A stretch of 32,000 bases of DNA from Phycisphaera mikurensis NBRC 102666 (GTDB lineage Bacteria; Planctomycetota; Phycisphaerae; Phycisphaerales; Phycisphaeraceae), in contig NC_017080.1 in NCBI RefSeq assembly GCF_000284115.1, forward strand, positions 1,710,001 through 1,742,000, given 5' to 3'. The position numbers and the translations under genes were made by a program. Under the pieces are notes generated by a model. It saw only the letters and a program-made list of their open reading frames with translations. It searched no databases and was not told the DNA's origin. Each line of letters opens with the position of its first letter. Positions within the stretch are counted from its first letter, which is position 1. This document shows positions 7,172 to 15,470 of the stretch, one piece after another.

Positions 7172-8521
7172 GTGCTCGGTCGGCTCCTCGCCACCGGTGA
7201 AGGCCGCCGTGCGGTGGTGCTCGGGCTCGGCCGCTTCGGGGGCGGCGTGGGGGTGGTGGGCTTTCTCGCGGAGCGAGGGTTCTCGGTGGAGGTGGTCGAC
7301 GACGCGGACCGGGCGTCGCTGGCGGCTTCGGAGGCGACGGTCCGCGGGTCGTGCTCCAGCCTGCGGCTGGGGCCCGGCAGCTCGGACGCCGCGGCGGCCG
7401 AGATCGGCGGGGCGGCGCTGCTGGTCGTCAACCCGGCGGTGAAGCCGGGGCACCCGCTGTGGGCGGCGGCGGAGGCGGCGGGCGTGCCGGTGACCACGGA
7501 GATCGGGCTGCTGGTGTCGGTGCTGCCGGAGGGCGTGGACGTCGTCGGCATCACCGGTTCCGCCGGGAAGAGCACGACCTCAAGCATGGCGGCGGTGGTT
7601 TCGGAGACCGGCGGCGGAACCGGCCGCGTGTGGCTCGGCGGCAACCTCGGCGGATCGCTGCTCTCCGGCGTCGCGGCGTTCGCGGACGCGGACACGTTCG
7701 TGCTCGAGCTCTCCAGCTTCATGTGCTTCCACCTCGACCGGCTCGGCTGGTCGCCAGGCGTCGCGGTGCTCACGAACCTCTCGCCGAATCACCTCGACTG
7801 GCACGGCGGCTTCGCCGCCTACGCCGCGGCGAAGAGGGCGCTCTTCGCGCATCAGCAGCCCGGGGACCGCGCGGTGCTGCCCGCCGGCATGGAGACGTCC
7901 TTCGTACGCCGCGGCGTGGAGGTCGTGCCGGTGGAGGCTCCTCCAGCGGATCTCCCTCTGCTGCGGGTGCCCGGCGAGCACAACCGGCTCAACGCGGCTT
8001 TCGCCCTCGCCGCCGCGGAGCCGCGGACCGCGAGCAAAAAGGCCCGCGACGCCCGACGGTCCGCGGCGCTGGAGGCGCTGGCCGGCTTCGCGGGGCTGCC
8101 GCACCGGCTGCAGGCGGTGCCGGTGACGACAGGCTGGCCCGCGGGCGTGCGGGCGTTCGACGACTCCAAGGCGACGACGCCGGAGGCGGCGGCGCTCGCC
8201 CTGCAAGCCTTCGAGCCCGGTGTCGTGCGGGTGATCCTCGGCGGGGCGGACAAGGGCAGCGACCTCGCTCCGCTCGCCCGCTCCGCGGCCCGACACGCGG
8301 CGGGCGTCTACGCGATCGGCCGCACCGGCGACGCCATCGCCGACGCCGCGGGAGGCGGCCCGGCGGTCGTCCGCCGCTGCGGGACGCTTGCCGGCGCCGT
8401 CGACGCGATCCGCGGCGACGCCCGGCCGGGCGACGTCGTGCTCCTCTCCCCCGGCTGCGCTTCCTGGGACCAGTTCCCCAACTACGAGGCGCGGGGCGCC
8501 GCCTTCGCGACGAGCCTCTGA
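7172..8521 (+). CDS. murD: UDP-N-acetylmuramoylalanine--D-glutamate ligase
   Basis: [11 protein letters not shown] Rossmann N-terminus, [12 protein letters not shown]-loop, [34 protein letters not shown] and [19 protein letters not shown] are all present. The start is uncertain. GTG 7172 has AGGAGG at 7147-7152 and lies downstream of R2. The alternative GTG 7088 (GTGA overlap) would translate the octamer array. Confidence 0.9.
   Translation: MLGRLLATGEGRRAVVLGLGRFGGGVGVVGFLAERGFSVEVVDDADRASLAASEATVRGSCSSLRLGPGSSDAAAAEIGGAALLVVNPAVKPGHPLWAAAEAAGVPVTTEIGLLVSVLPEGVDVVGITGSAGKSTTSSMAAVVSETGGGTGRVWLGGNLGGSLLSGVAAFADADTFVLELSSFMCFHLDRLGWSPGVAVLTNLSPNHLDWHGGFAAYAAAKRALFAHQQPGDRAVLPAGMETSFVRRGVEVVPVEAPPADLPLLRVPGEHNRLNAAFALAAAEPRTASKKARDARRSAALEALAGFAGLPHRLQAVPVTTGWPAGVRAFDDSKATTPEAAALALQAFEPGVVRVILGGADKGSDLAPLARSAARHAAGVYAIGRTGDAIADAAGGGPAVVRRCGTLAGAVDAIRGDARPGDVVLLSPGCASWDQFPNYEARGAAFATSL
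7302..7347. repeat. 46-bp inverted-repeat element copy 2 (inside murD; left arm ACGCGGACCG)
   Basis: Nine perfect arm pairs (7303-7311/7338-7346) with a 26-nt spacer. It is translated as [15 protein letters not shown]. Confidence 0.8.
8021..8066. repeat. 46-bp inverted-repeat element copy 3 (inside murD)
   Basis: Exact arms at 8021-8030 and 8057-8066 with a 26-nt spacer. It is translated as [15 protein letters not shown]. Confidence 0.9.
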
Positions 8522-8704
8522 TCCGCCCGAAGGAGCGGGCCCAAGCGGCCGCTCACCGCCGGTCGGGGCGTCACGCCGCCGACCGCTCGGCACTCCCTCC
8601 ATCGGCCGGCACCGGCCGAAGCCCGGGTGCCACGCCGCTTGCGGGGCGGGGCGTCCGCCGGGGACGCGGCCCGCTCCCGGCGCCTCCCGCGTCCGCGGAG
8701 CGGG

Positions 8705-9619
8705 TCAGCCGTCGAACGCGTCGTTGTCGGCGGTGCCGTCGCCGTCGAGGTCGTCCACGGCCGCGGGGGCGCTCATCGAGCCGTGGCCGTCGAGGTACGT
8801 GAACCCGGCGACGCCGCCCTGGTTCCGTGTCGCCGGGGCGGAGCGGTAGAGCCAGGGGTGCTCGGGGTCGTAGCCGGCGACGTTCTCCGCCGGCCCGCTC
8901 TCGTAGTAGGGCAGCGGGTCGCCGACGCTCCCGGAGCGGCCACGCTCGGAGCCCACGGGCGGCGCGGGTGCGTCCAGCGCGTAGACGGCCTTTCCGCCGT
9001 CGCCCGGCTCGGCCGAGGCAACACCGTTGCGCGAGCCGGCGGTGTCGCCCAGCGCGATCGTGCCGGACTCGTCGCGGATCTCGCGGCCGAGGCGGGCGTG
9101 GAAGGTGGGCGTGGAGCGGGCGTTGCCCAGGTACCGGAAGTTGTAGCCGTAGCCGCCGTGCCGAGCGACGTCGTCGCCGGCGGCGACGGTCGGGTCGGCC
9201 ACGGGGGTGACCGCAGTCCGCGCCGCCTGCTCTGCCGGCGTCGTCGACAGCTCGTGGAAGAAGATCTTGGTGAAGCCCGCGTCGACCTCCCGCTCCGTCA
9301 GCGACGGCGAGCGGAAGGCCTCGACCGCCGGCATGAAGGGGAAGAGGTAATCCACCCACCTCGGCTTGGTGCTCATGCCTCCGGCGGTCACGGTGGAGGA
9401 GCCCGTCGAGGACGAGTGCATCGGCAGGAAGTCCTTCCGCTCCACCGCGTACGCGGTGAGGGCGATGCCGATCTGCCGGAGGTTCGACAGCGACTGCGAC
9501 GAGCGTGCGGCGCCGCGGGCGGCCCCGAGCGCGGGCAGGAGGATGCCGATCAGCAGGGCGATGATCGAGATGACGACGAGGAGCTCGATGAGCGTGAAGC
9601 CGGGGCGAGGGTTTCGCAT
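8705..9619 (-). CDS. prepilin-type N-terminal cleavage/methylation domain protein (DUF1559-like pseudopilin)
   Basis: [51 protein letters not shown]..., with C-terminal FTYLDGHGS. The ATG is at 9617-9619 on the complement. The track ORF extends to a TTG at 9649. Confidence 0.85.
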   Translation of the reverse strand: MRNPRPGFTLIELLVVISIIALLIGILLPALGAARGAARSSQSLSNLRQIGIALTAYAVERKDFLPMHSSSTGSSTVTAGGMSTKPRWVDYLFPFMPAVEAFRSPSLTEREVDAGFTKIFFHELSTTPAEQAARTAVTPVADPTVAAGDDVARHGGYGYNFRYLGNARSTPTFHARLGREIRDESGTIALGDTAGSRNGVASAEPGDGGKAVYALDAPAPPVGSERGRSGSVGDPLPYYESGPAENVAGYDPEHPWLYRSAPATRNQGGVAGFTYLDGHGSMSAPAAVDDLDGDGTADNDAFDG

Positions 9620-9651
9620 GCGGGAGCGGGGCGTGAAGCGCGGAAGCAATG

Positions 9652-9674
9652 ACTGCGACTCCTGTAGTCGCAGT
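9652..9674. promoter_or_regulatory. perfect 9-bp inverted repeat ACTGCGACT-cctgt-AGTCGCAGT in a divergent promoter region
   Basis: Read directly from the sequence. It lies between the divergent pseudopilin (start 9619) and trkH (start 9752). An operator role is inference only. Confidence 0.3.
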
Positions 9675-9751
9675 TAGGCGGAGCCTACGTGTTCTTCGGC
9701 AGGTGTCAACAGACCCTCCCGCGGGAGCGGCAGCCGGTAGCTTCCACGCCG

Positions 9752-11455
9752 ATGAAGTTCCGCTTGATCGCACGCCACCTCGGCTTGCTGCTGCTCGTGC
9801 TGGGCGGCTGCATGCTCGTCGCCACGCTGGCGGAGCTGCTGGGGTTCGGCCGCGACGGCCCCAATGTCGAGCCGGTTGCCGAGGCCTTCGGCGCCGGCCT
9901 CGCGACGTGCGCCTCGCTCGGCGGCGGCCTGCTGTTCCTGGGCCGCCGCACCGCGACGCAGCGCCAGGCCCGCGCGGCGGCGCGGAGCCGCGGCGAGCGG
10001 TACGCCGGGCCGCAGCTCACGCGACGCGACGCCATGGCGATGGTCGCGGCGGGCTGGGTTCTGGGGGCCGGGGTGGCGGCGCTGCCCTTCTTCTCGTGGG
10101 CTTGGCTGCACACCGACGAGGTGGTTCCCGCGGTGTCCGCCGGCCCGGACGCACCCGCGCCGGAGGAGGCGGCGGGCACGCCGGTGACGCCGGCCGGCAA
10201 GGTCGTGCAGGCCGCGGGCTTCGACCACCCCTTCCGCAGCTTCGCGGCGTGCTACTTCGAGGCGATGTCGGGCATGACCACGACGGGAGCGTCGGTGCTG
10301 GGCACCGCCCCGCACGACATCGAGAGCCTGCCCTCGGGCCTGCTCCTCTGGCGGTCGCTCATCCAGTGGCTCGGCGGCCTGGGCATCGTGGTGCTCTTCG
10401 TGGCGGTGCTCCCGCTGCTGGGCGTCGGCGGCAAGACGCTGGTGCAGTTCGAGACGACCGGACCGGTGAAGCAGGGCGTCCGACCGAGGATCGCCGACGC
10501 TGCCCGCGAGCTCTGGCTGATCTACCTCGGTCTGTCCGCCGCCTGCTGCGGGCTGCTGGTGTGGCCGGGGGGCTTAAGCCTCTTCGACGCGGTGAATCAC
10601 ACCTTCACCGCGCTCGCGACCGGCGGCTTCTCCACCCGCAACGCGAGCGCCGGCGCTTACGACAGCGTCCCGGTCGACCTCGTGCTCGTGCTGTTCATGC
10701 TCCTCGCCGGCGTGAACTTCGGGCTCTACCACCAGGCGATCAACGGGCGCTGGCGGGCCGTGCTCCAGGACGCCGAGCTGCGGACGTACCTCTTGATCGT
10801 GCTCGCGGCGACGCTGGTGATCGCGGCGATGCTCGTGGGTTCGGAGCTGACGCTGACCACCGGGCAGCCGCGGGAAGCCGGCGTGCTCGAGTCTTTGCGA
10901 CACAGCCTCTTCCAGGTGGTGTCGGTGATGACGACGACCGGCTACGCCACCGCCGACTTCGACCAATGGGGCTTCGTGCCCAAGGCCATCCTGGTCGGCC
11001 TGATGTTCGTGGGCGGGTGCGCCAGCTCCACGGGTGGCGGGATCAAGGTCGTGCGGATCCTCACGGTGTTCAAGGTCTTCGGCGCGACGCTGGAGAAGGT
11101 CTACCGGCCGACGGTCGTGCGCACCGTGAAGATCGGCGGGGCGCCCCTCTCGGAGGGGGTGAAGGAGAGCGTGCTGATCTTCGTGCTCACCATGATCGGG
11201 CTGTTCGTGGCGGGCGCCCTCGTGCTGCGGTTGCTCGAGCCCGATCAGCTGACGGTCGTCGGCGCGGCGACCGCCTCCGCCGCGACGCTCATGAACATCG
11301 GCCCCGGCTTGCAGGCGGTGGGACCGATGAACAACTTCGGGTTCTTCGGCAGCGACTCGCTGATCGTGATGAGCCTCCTCATGGCGCTCGGCCGCCTGGA
11401 GGTGTTCGCGCTGCTGGTCGTCCTCACGCCCCGCTTCTGGCGGAACACGACCTGA
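9752..11455 (+). CDS. trkH: TrkH/KtrB-family potassium uptake membrane protein
   Basis: Multi-TM protein with repeated selectivity-filter-like segments (MSGMTTTGASV, ALATGGFST, SVMTTTGYAT, CASSTGGGIKV) and QWLGGLGIVVLFVAVLP. Confidence 0.9.
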   Translation: MKFRLIARHLGLLLLVLGGCMLVATLAELLGFGRDGPNVEPVAEAFGAGLATCASLGGGLLFLGRRTATQRQARAAARSRGERYAGPQLTRRDAMAMVAAGWVLGAGVAALPFFSWAWLHTDEVVPAVSAGPDAPAPEEAAGTPVTPAGKVVQAAGFDHPFRSFAACYFEAMSGMTTTGASVLGTAPHDIESLPSGLLLWRSLIQWLGGLGIVVLFVAVLPLLGVGGKTLVQFETTGPVKQGVRPRIADAARELWLIYLGLSAACCGLLVWPGGLSLFDAVNHTFTALATGGFSTRNASAGAYDSVPVDLVLVLFMLLAGVNFGLYHQAINGRWRAVLQDAELRTYLLIVLAATLVIAAMLVGSELTLTTGQPREAGVLESLRHSLFQVVSVMTTTGYATADFDQWGFVPKAILVGLMFVGGCASSTGGGIKVVRILTVFKVFGATLEKVYRPTVVRTVKIGGAPLSEGVKESVLIFVLTMIGLFVAGALVLRLLEPDQLTVVGAATASAATLMNIGPGLQAVGPMNNFGFFGSDSLIVMSLLMALGRLEVFALLVVLTPRFWRNTT

Positions 11456-11482
11456 GGCCCGGGAACCCGCCGGCCGGATCGC

Positions 11483-11845
11483 TCATTCGTCGTAGAAGCG
11501 CAGCGCCGCCTCCAGCGAGGCGGTGACGGACGGCTCCGCCCGCGGATCGCCCTCGAAGCCGTCGGCGACGACGCACCGGAACCGATCGGCGTCCCAGAGC
11601 GCGAGGTCGTCCGTCGGCGCGGGAGACCCCGGCGGCAGCGACCAGGAGGAGCGATCCAGGCCTTCCGGCAGCAGGGCGAAGCTCCCGGCGGGGATCACCT
11701 CTCCGCTTGGGCGCTCTTTGGAGCCGTCCAGGTCGATCACCGCGTCGGGCTCCGCCGGCGTGGCGGGCGTCGGCGTCTGGGCGGAGCCCGGCGCGGAGGC
11801 GAGCAGCAGGGCGGGCAGGGCAAGGGCGGGGAGGAAGCGGTGCAT
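11483..11845 (-). CDS. small secreted hypothetical protein
   Basis: MHRFLPALALPALLLASAPGSAQ signal peptide followed by 97 aa of protein-like sequence, with high GC3. No known motif. Confidence 0.6.
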   Translation of the reverse strand: MHRFLPALALPALLLASAPGSAQTPTPATPAEPDAVIDLDGSKERPSGEVIPAGSFALLPEGLDRSSWSLPPGSPAPTDDLALWDADRFRCVVADGFEGDPRAEPSVTASLEAALRFYDE

Positions 11846-11887
11846 GGCGGGTTCCGGGAGCGCGACGCCGGAGCCTACGGTGCGGCT

Positions 11888-12436
11888 GTGCGGTGCCTCA
11901 CCCTCGCAGCTTCGTTGAGCCCCGCCAGCCGCAGCGCCGGCCTCGCCGCGGCGGCGAGGAACGCGGTCGCGGCGCACGGCGTGGAGTCGAACCTGCTCGA
12001 CCTCCGCGACCACGATCTGCCGCTGTGCGACGGCGGGAGCTGCTACGCCCACCCGTCGGTCCGCGAGCTCTCCGACGCGATCGGCGCGGCCGACCTGCTG
12101 CTGGTCGCGCTGCCGATCTACAACTATGGCGTCAACGCCGCGGCGAAGAACCTCGTGGAGCTCACCGGCCCGGCCTGGACCGGCAAGACCGTCGGCTTCC
12201 TCTGCTCCGCCGGCGGGACCAGCAGCCACATGGCGGTGATGGGCTTCGCCAACACGCTGATGCTCGACTGCCGCTGCCTCGTCCTGCCACGCTTCGTGTA
12301 CGCCGCGCCGGACGCGGCCGACGCCGGAGGCACCCCGACGGCGGCGCTCGCCGAGCGGATCGAGGCCCTCGCGGCCGAGGGCGTGCGGGTCGCTTCCGCC
12401 CTGGCAGAGGCCCCCGCCGCGGCCGTGCCCGCCTGA
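11888..12436 (+). CDS. NAD(P)H-dependent FMN reductase family protein
   Basis: LTLAASLSPASRSAGLA...LLDLRDHDLPLCDG...ADLLLVALPIYNYGVNAAAKNLVEL...GKTVGFLCSAGG matches the flavodoxin-like FMN reductase pattern. GTG 11888 is preferred over GTG 11840, which would overlap the divergent gene start. Confidence 0.75.
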   Translation: MRCLTLAASLSPASRSAGLAAAARNAVAAHGVESNLLDLRDHDLPLCDGGSCYAHPSVRELSDAIGAADLLLVALPIYNYGVNAAAKNLVELTGPAWTGKTVGFLCSAGGTSSHMAVMGFANTLMLDCRCLVLPRFVYAAPDAADAGGTPTAALAERIEALAAEGVRVASALAEAPAAAVPA

Positions 12437-12451
12437 GCTCTTCTCCCCGCC

Positions 12452-12694
12452 TCAGCCGGCGAGGATGGCGGTCCGGAAGCGGCGGCGGTGCCGCAGGTAC
12501 CGCAGGAGCGGGCTGGCGGCCACGGCCGCGACGGCGAGCCAGCAGACGCCGGCGGCCGCGGCCACGGCATCGCTCGGCGACGCGATCCCGCCGCCGTCGA
12601 CCGAGAGAAAACCGAACCAGGCCGCGAGCACCAACGCGGCCGCGGGCACGCACCAGCGCCTCCTGGATCTCCTCGGGTGGTGTCTTCTTCGCAT
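12452..12694 (-). CDS. small two-TM membrane protein (hypothetical)
   Basis: An ATG is preceded by GGAGGA 3 nt upstream. Nearly every codon ends in G/C. There are two hydrophobic stretches (AAALVLAAWFGFLSV, GVCWLAVAAVAASPLL). No homology recognised. Confidence 0.5.
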   Translation of the reverse strand: MRRRHHPRRSRRRWCVPAAALVLAAWFGFLSVDGGGIASPSDAVAAAAGVCWLAVAAVAASPLLRYLRHRRRFRTAILAG

Positions 12695-12849
12695 GCTTCC
12701 TCCGCCGGCAGTGTTCCACGCGGAGCATGCGGGGGCAAGCGTCCGTCGGGCTCTGGTCGGTTCTTTATCGTCCGGGCGCGCCACCGGCCCGCACCGGCGC
12801 CCGCCGAGGCCGCCGCGGTCGCCGAGCCGCCCCGAACCCCGGAAGAAGC

Positions 12850-13722
12850 ATGCAGGAAGCCATCAGCAAGGCGGCAACGCTCGTCGAGGCCCACGCCTAC
12901 ATCCGCGAGTTCCGCGGCAAGGTCGTCGTGGTGAAGGTTGGCGGGTCCATCATGGACCAGCCCGAGGCGCTGGGGAACCTGCTCGGCGACGTGAGCTTCA
13001 TGCACGCCGTGGGCATGCGGCCGGTGGTGGTGCACGGCGGCGGCAAAGCCATCAACGCGGCGATGTCCGACGCGGGGCTCGATGCGCAGTTCGTGCAGGG
13101 CCGCCGCTACACCGACGAGCGGACGCTGGCGATCGCCGAGCACGTGCTCATCAACGACATCAACGCCGCCGCGGTCGGCCACTTGAAGGAGGCGGGCACG
13201 CCCGCGATGGGCCTGCACTCCCTGGGCTCGTGCGTCGTCTTCGCGAAGCGGCTCACGCTCCGCGGCGAGCAGAACCGGCGCATCGACATCGGCATGGTCG
13301 GCGAGGTCGAGTGGGTCAACACCGAGCTGCTGCGGGCCGTGCTCGACGCCGGCAGCATCCCGGTCATCGCGCCCATCGCCCGGGATCCCGCCGGCGGCAA
13401 GCTCAACATCAACGCCGACTCGGTCGCCGGCCACGTCGCCGGGGCGCTGCGGGCCGAGAAGTTCGTGCTCGTGTCCGACACCCACGGCATCCGCACCGAC
13501 CCCGACTCCGAAGAGACCGCCTCGACGCTGACGCGCGACGCGACGGACGGGCTGATCCGGGACGGCGTGATCGACGGCGGCATGCTGCCGAAGGTGGAGG
13601 CGGCGCTCACCGCGCTCGGCGGCGGGTGCCGGAAGGCGCACATCGTGGACGGGCGGATCCCGCACGCGCTGCTGCTGGAGGTGTACACCGAGGCGGGGAT
13701 CGGGACCGAGATCGTGCTCTGA
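12850..13722 (+). CDS. argB: acetylglutamate kinase
   Basis: VVVKVGGS, VVVHGGG, RYTDERTL, NINADSVAG and GGMLPKVEAA are typical ArgB motifs. The start is ATG 12850. Confidence 0.95.
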   Translation: MQEAISKAATLVEAHAYIREFRGKVVVVKVGGSIMDQPEALGNLLGDVSFMHAVGMRPVVVHGGGKAINAAMSDAGLDAQFVQGRRYTDERTLAIAEHVLINDINAAAVGHLKEAGTPAMGLHSLGSCVVFAKRLTLRGEQNRRIDIGMVGEVEWVNTELLRAVLDAGSIPVIAPIARDPAGGKLNINADSVAGHVAGALRAEKFVLVSDTHGIRTDPDSEETASTLTRDATDGLIRDGVIDGGMLPKVEAALTALGGGCRKAHIVDGRIPHALLLEVYTEAGIGTEIVL

Positions 13723-13732
13723 TCCGCGTGGG

Positions 13733-14325
13733 GAACCGCACGCTGCTCCGCTCTGCCCGCCACCCTGGCCGCGGTCGCTGCGTGGCGACGCCACGCTGTC
13801 CGACTCCCCATCCAGCTCCTTCGCGCTCAAGGCAGACGGAGCGGCGTCGCCGCTCCGCTCTCGGAGCCAACGGCGCCACGCTGTCCGCGTCGCGATCCAG
13901 CTCCTTCGCGCACAAGCAGACAGAGCGGCGTCGCCGCTCAGCTCTCGGAGCCACCCTGGCCGCGCTAGCTGCGTGGCGACGCCACGCTGTCCGACTCCCA
14001 GTTCCAGCTCCTTCGCGCACAAGGCAGACAGAGCGGCGTCGCCGCTCAGCTCTCGCAGCCAACCTGGCCGCGTTAGCTGCGTGGCGACGCCACGCTGTCC
14101 GGGTCCCCATCCAGCTTCCTCGCGCACAAGCCCGACAGAGCGGCGTCGCCGCTCAGCTCTCGCAGCCGGCCTGGCCGCGTTAGCTGCGTGGCGACGCCAC
14201 GCTGTCCGGGTCCCCATCCAGCTTCCTCGCGCACAAGCCAGACAGAGCGGCGTCGCCGCTCAGCTCTCGCAGCCAGTTTGGCCGCGATGGCTGCGTGGCG
14301 ACGCCACGCTTTCCGGGTCGCGATC
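13733..14325. repeat. tandem repeat, ~107-bp unit, 5 full and 2 partial copies, each with two perfect 17-bp palindromes
   Basis: Unit starts (CTGCGTGGCGAC) are at 13778, 13969, 14077, 14184 and 14291, plus a head-deleted unit at ~13873. The palindromes are GCGTGGCG-A-CGCCACGC and GAGCGGCG-T-CGCCGCTC. Confidence 0.95.
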
Positions 14326-14383
14326 CGGCCCCGACGGGACGCGGTGTCTGCCGAAGCGCCGGCGGCTCGGCCGCGGCGGCCGG

Positions 14384-15229
14384 CTACTTGAGGTCCCGCT
14401 GCTGGAAGCCGACGATCCCGACGGAGACGAAGGTCGCGGACAGGGCGAAGAGAATCAGCGCACTGCGGGCGATCATCGGCCAGGGCGGGTACGCGAGGAA
14501 GGTGCGGACCCAGAAGCCGGCGTGGTACGAGATGAACCAGTGGCGGAGGCTCTTGAAGTAGGGCAGCTGCCCGAGCACGAGGTCGACGAAGAGCACCGAG
14601 AGCGTGAGGATCGTCGCGGCGGCGGGCTTCATCCGGAAGCACGAGAACATGAAACCCAGCGAGGCGATCACGCAGGTGGCGTAGGCGAGGCAGAGCACGC
14701 CGCGGGCGTAGCGGTAGAGCCCCTCGCCGGTCCCGTAGAAGGCGAAGAGCTGCTCGTCGGGGATGACGATGAAGAGCCTGCCGAGGCCGCCGCGGTAGAG
14801 CGACGCCAGCGTGAGGGCGGTGACGCCCAGGAACGCGACGAGGCTGAGGGTGTAGACGAGGCAGGCGGCGTACTTCACGCCGAGCAGGCGGACCCGCGAG
14901 ACCGGGCGGGCGAGGACCAGCCGCATCGTGCCCTCCTCGACCTCCTTGGCGACGATGTCGCCGGAGACGAGCGCGACGTACAGGCCGCCCAGGAAAGTGA
15001 AGCTGAAGGCGATGATGACCACCGCCAGCGTGAGGCCCTGGTAGTGCGAAGCGAACTCCAGGCCGTTCTCGCCGAGCAGCTTCGCGATCTCCTCCTTCGG
15101 CCGCGGGTGCTGCAGCATCGCGAGGATCGCGCCCTGCAGCGCGAGGAAGGCGCCGAAGCCGATGTACGTCCGCTTGCGGGCGTAAAGCTTGAAGAGCTCG
15201 GAGGCGAGTTGGTGGAGGAGGAGGGGGAT
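14384..15229 (-). CDS. ABC-2 type transporter permease
   Basis: Six hydrophobic helices with ELFKLYARKRTYIGFGAFL at the N-terminus and EEGTMRLVLARPVSR, typical of ABC-2 permeases. The start is unresolved. Options are ATC 15229, ATG 15118 (loses TM1), or GTG 15544 (reads through octamer array R3 and overlaps the ATPase gene by 74 nt). Confidence 0.8.
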   Translation of the reverse strand: MPLLLHQLASELFKLYARKRTYIGFGAFLALQGAILAMLQHPRPKEEIAKLLGENGLEFASHYQGLTLAVVIIAFSFTFLGGLYVALVSGDIVAKEVEEGTMRLVLARPVSRVRLLGVKYAACLVYTLSLVAFLGVTALTLASLYRGGLGRLFIVIPDEQLFAFYGTGEGLYRYARGVLCLAYATCVIASLGFMFSCFRMKPAAATILTLSVLFVDLVLGQLPYFKSLRHWFISYHAGFWVRTFLAYPPWPMIARSALILFALSATFVSVGIVGFQQRDLK

Positions 15230-15252
15230 GGTTCGGGGTGGGTGGGGGGGGG

Positions 15253-15428
15253 GAAGAGGCGAAGAAGCGGAGAAGCGAAGAAGCGGAGAAGCGAAGAAGC
15301 GAAGAAGCGGAGAAGCGAAGAAGTGAAGAAGCGGAGAAGCGAAGAAGTGGGGAAGCGAAGAAGCGGAGAAGCGAAGAAGTGGGGAAGCGGAGAAGCGAAG
15401 AAGTGGGGAAGTGGGGAATTGGAAGGGA
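15253..15428. repeat. octamer array R3, ~22 units (GAAGAAGC GGAGAAGC GAAGAAGT GGGGAAGC ...), preceded by a G10 tract (15244-15253)
   Basis: Read directly from the sequence. It lies between the ABC ATPase stop (15471) and the first TM helix of the permease. Confidence 0.95.
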
Positions 15429-15470
15429 GTTGGCGCAGCCCGATAGCTTGGCCGGCGCGTTTGGCTCTTT

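Noticed and set aside
8651-8698. Possible eighth copy of the 46-bp element (GTCCGCGG at 8691-8698) in the murD/pseudopilin convergent spacer.
   Set aside because: The right arm has two mismatches, and the position 26 nt upstream does not carry the left arm. Only short unrelated local hairpins are present. Solo arm-like 8-9-mers elsewhere (such as 27826, 29358 and 21708) were also not counted, because V-R-G / A-D-R codon strings can produce them.
9649-11526. 625-aa + strand ORF overlapping trkH in another frame.
   Set aside because: The translation is Arg/Gly/Pro-rich with no TM segments, whereas the 9752..11455 frame gives a textbook TrkH.
11707-13722. 671-aa ORF.
   Set aside because: Only the last 290 codons (ATG 12850 onward) are ArgB. 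The upstream part overlaps the FMN reductase gene in another frame and reads as Arg-rich out-of-frame text.
13733-14325. Possible CRISPR array, because of regularly spaced palindromic repeats.
   Set aside because: The entire ~107-bp unit is repeated, including the segments between the palindromes. There are no unique spacers and no cas genes in the window, so this is a tandem repeat.
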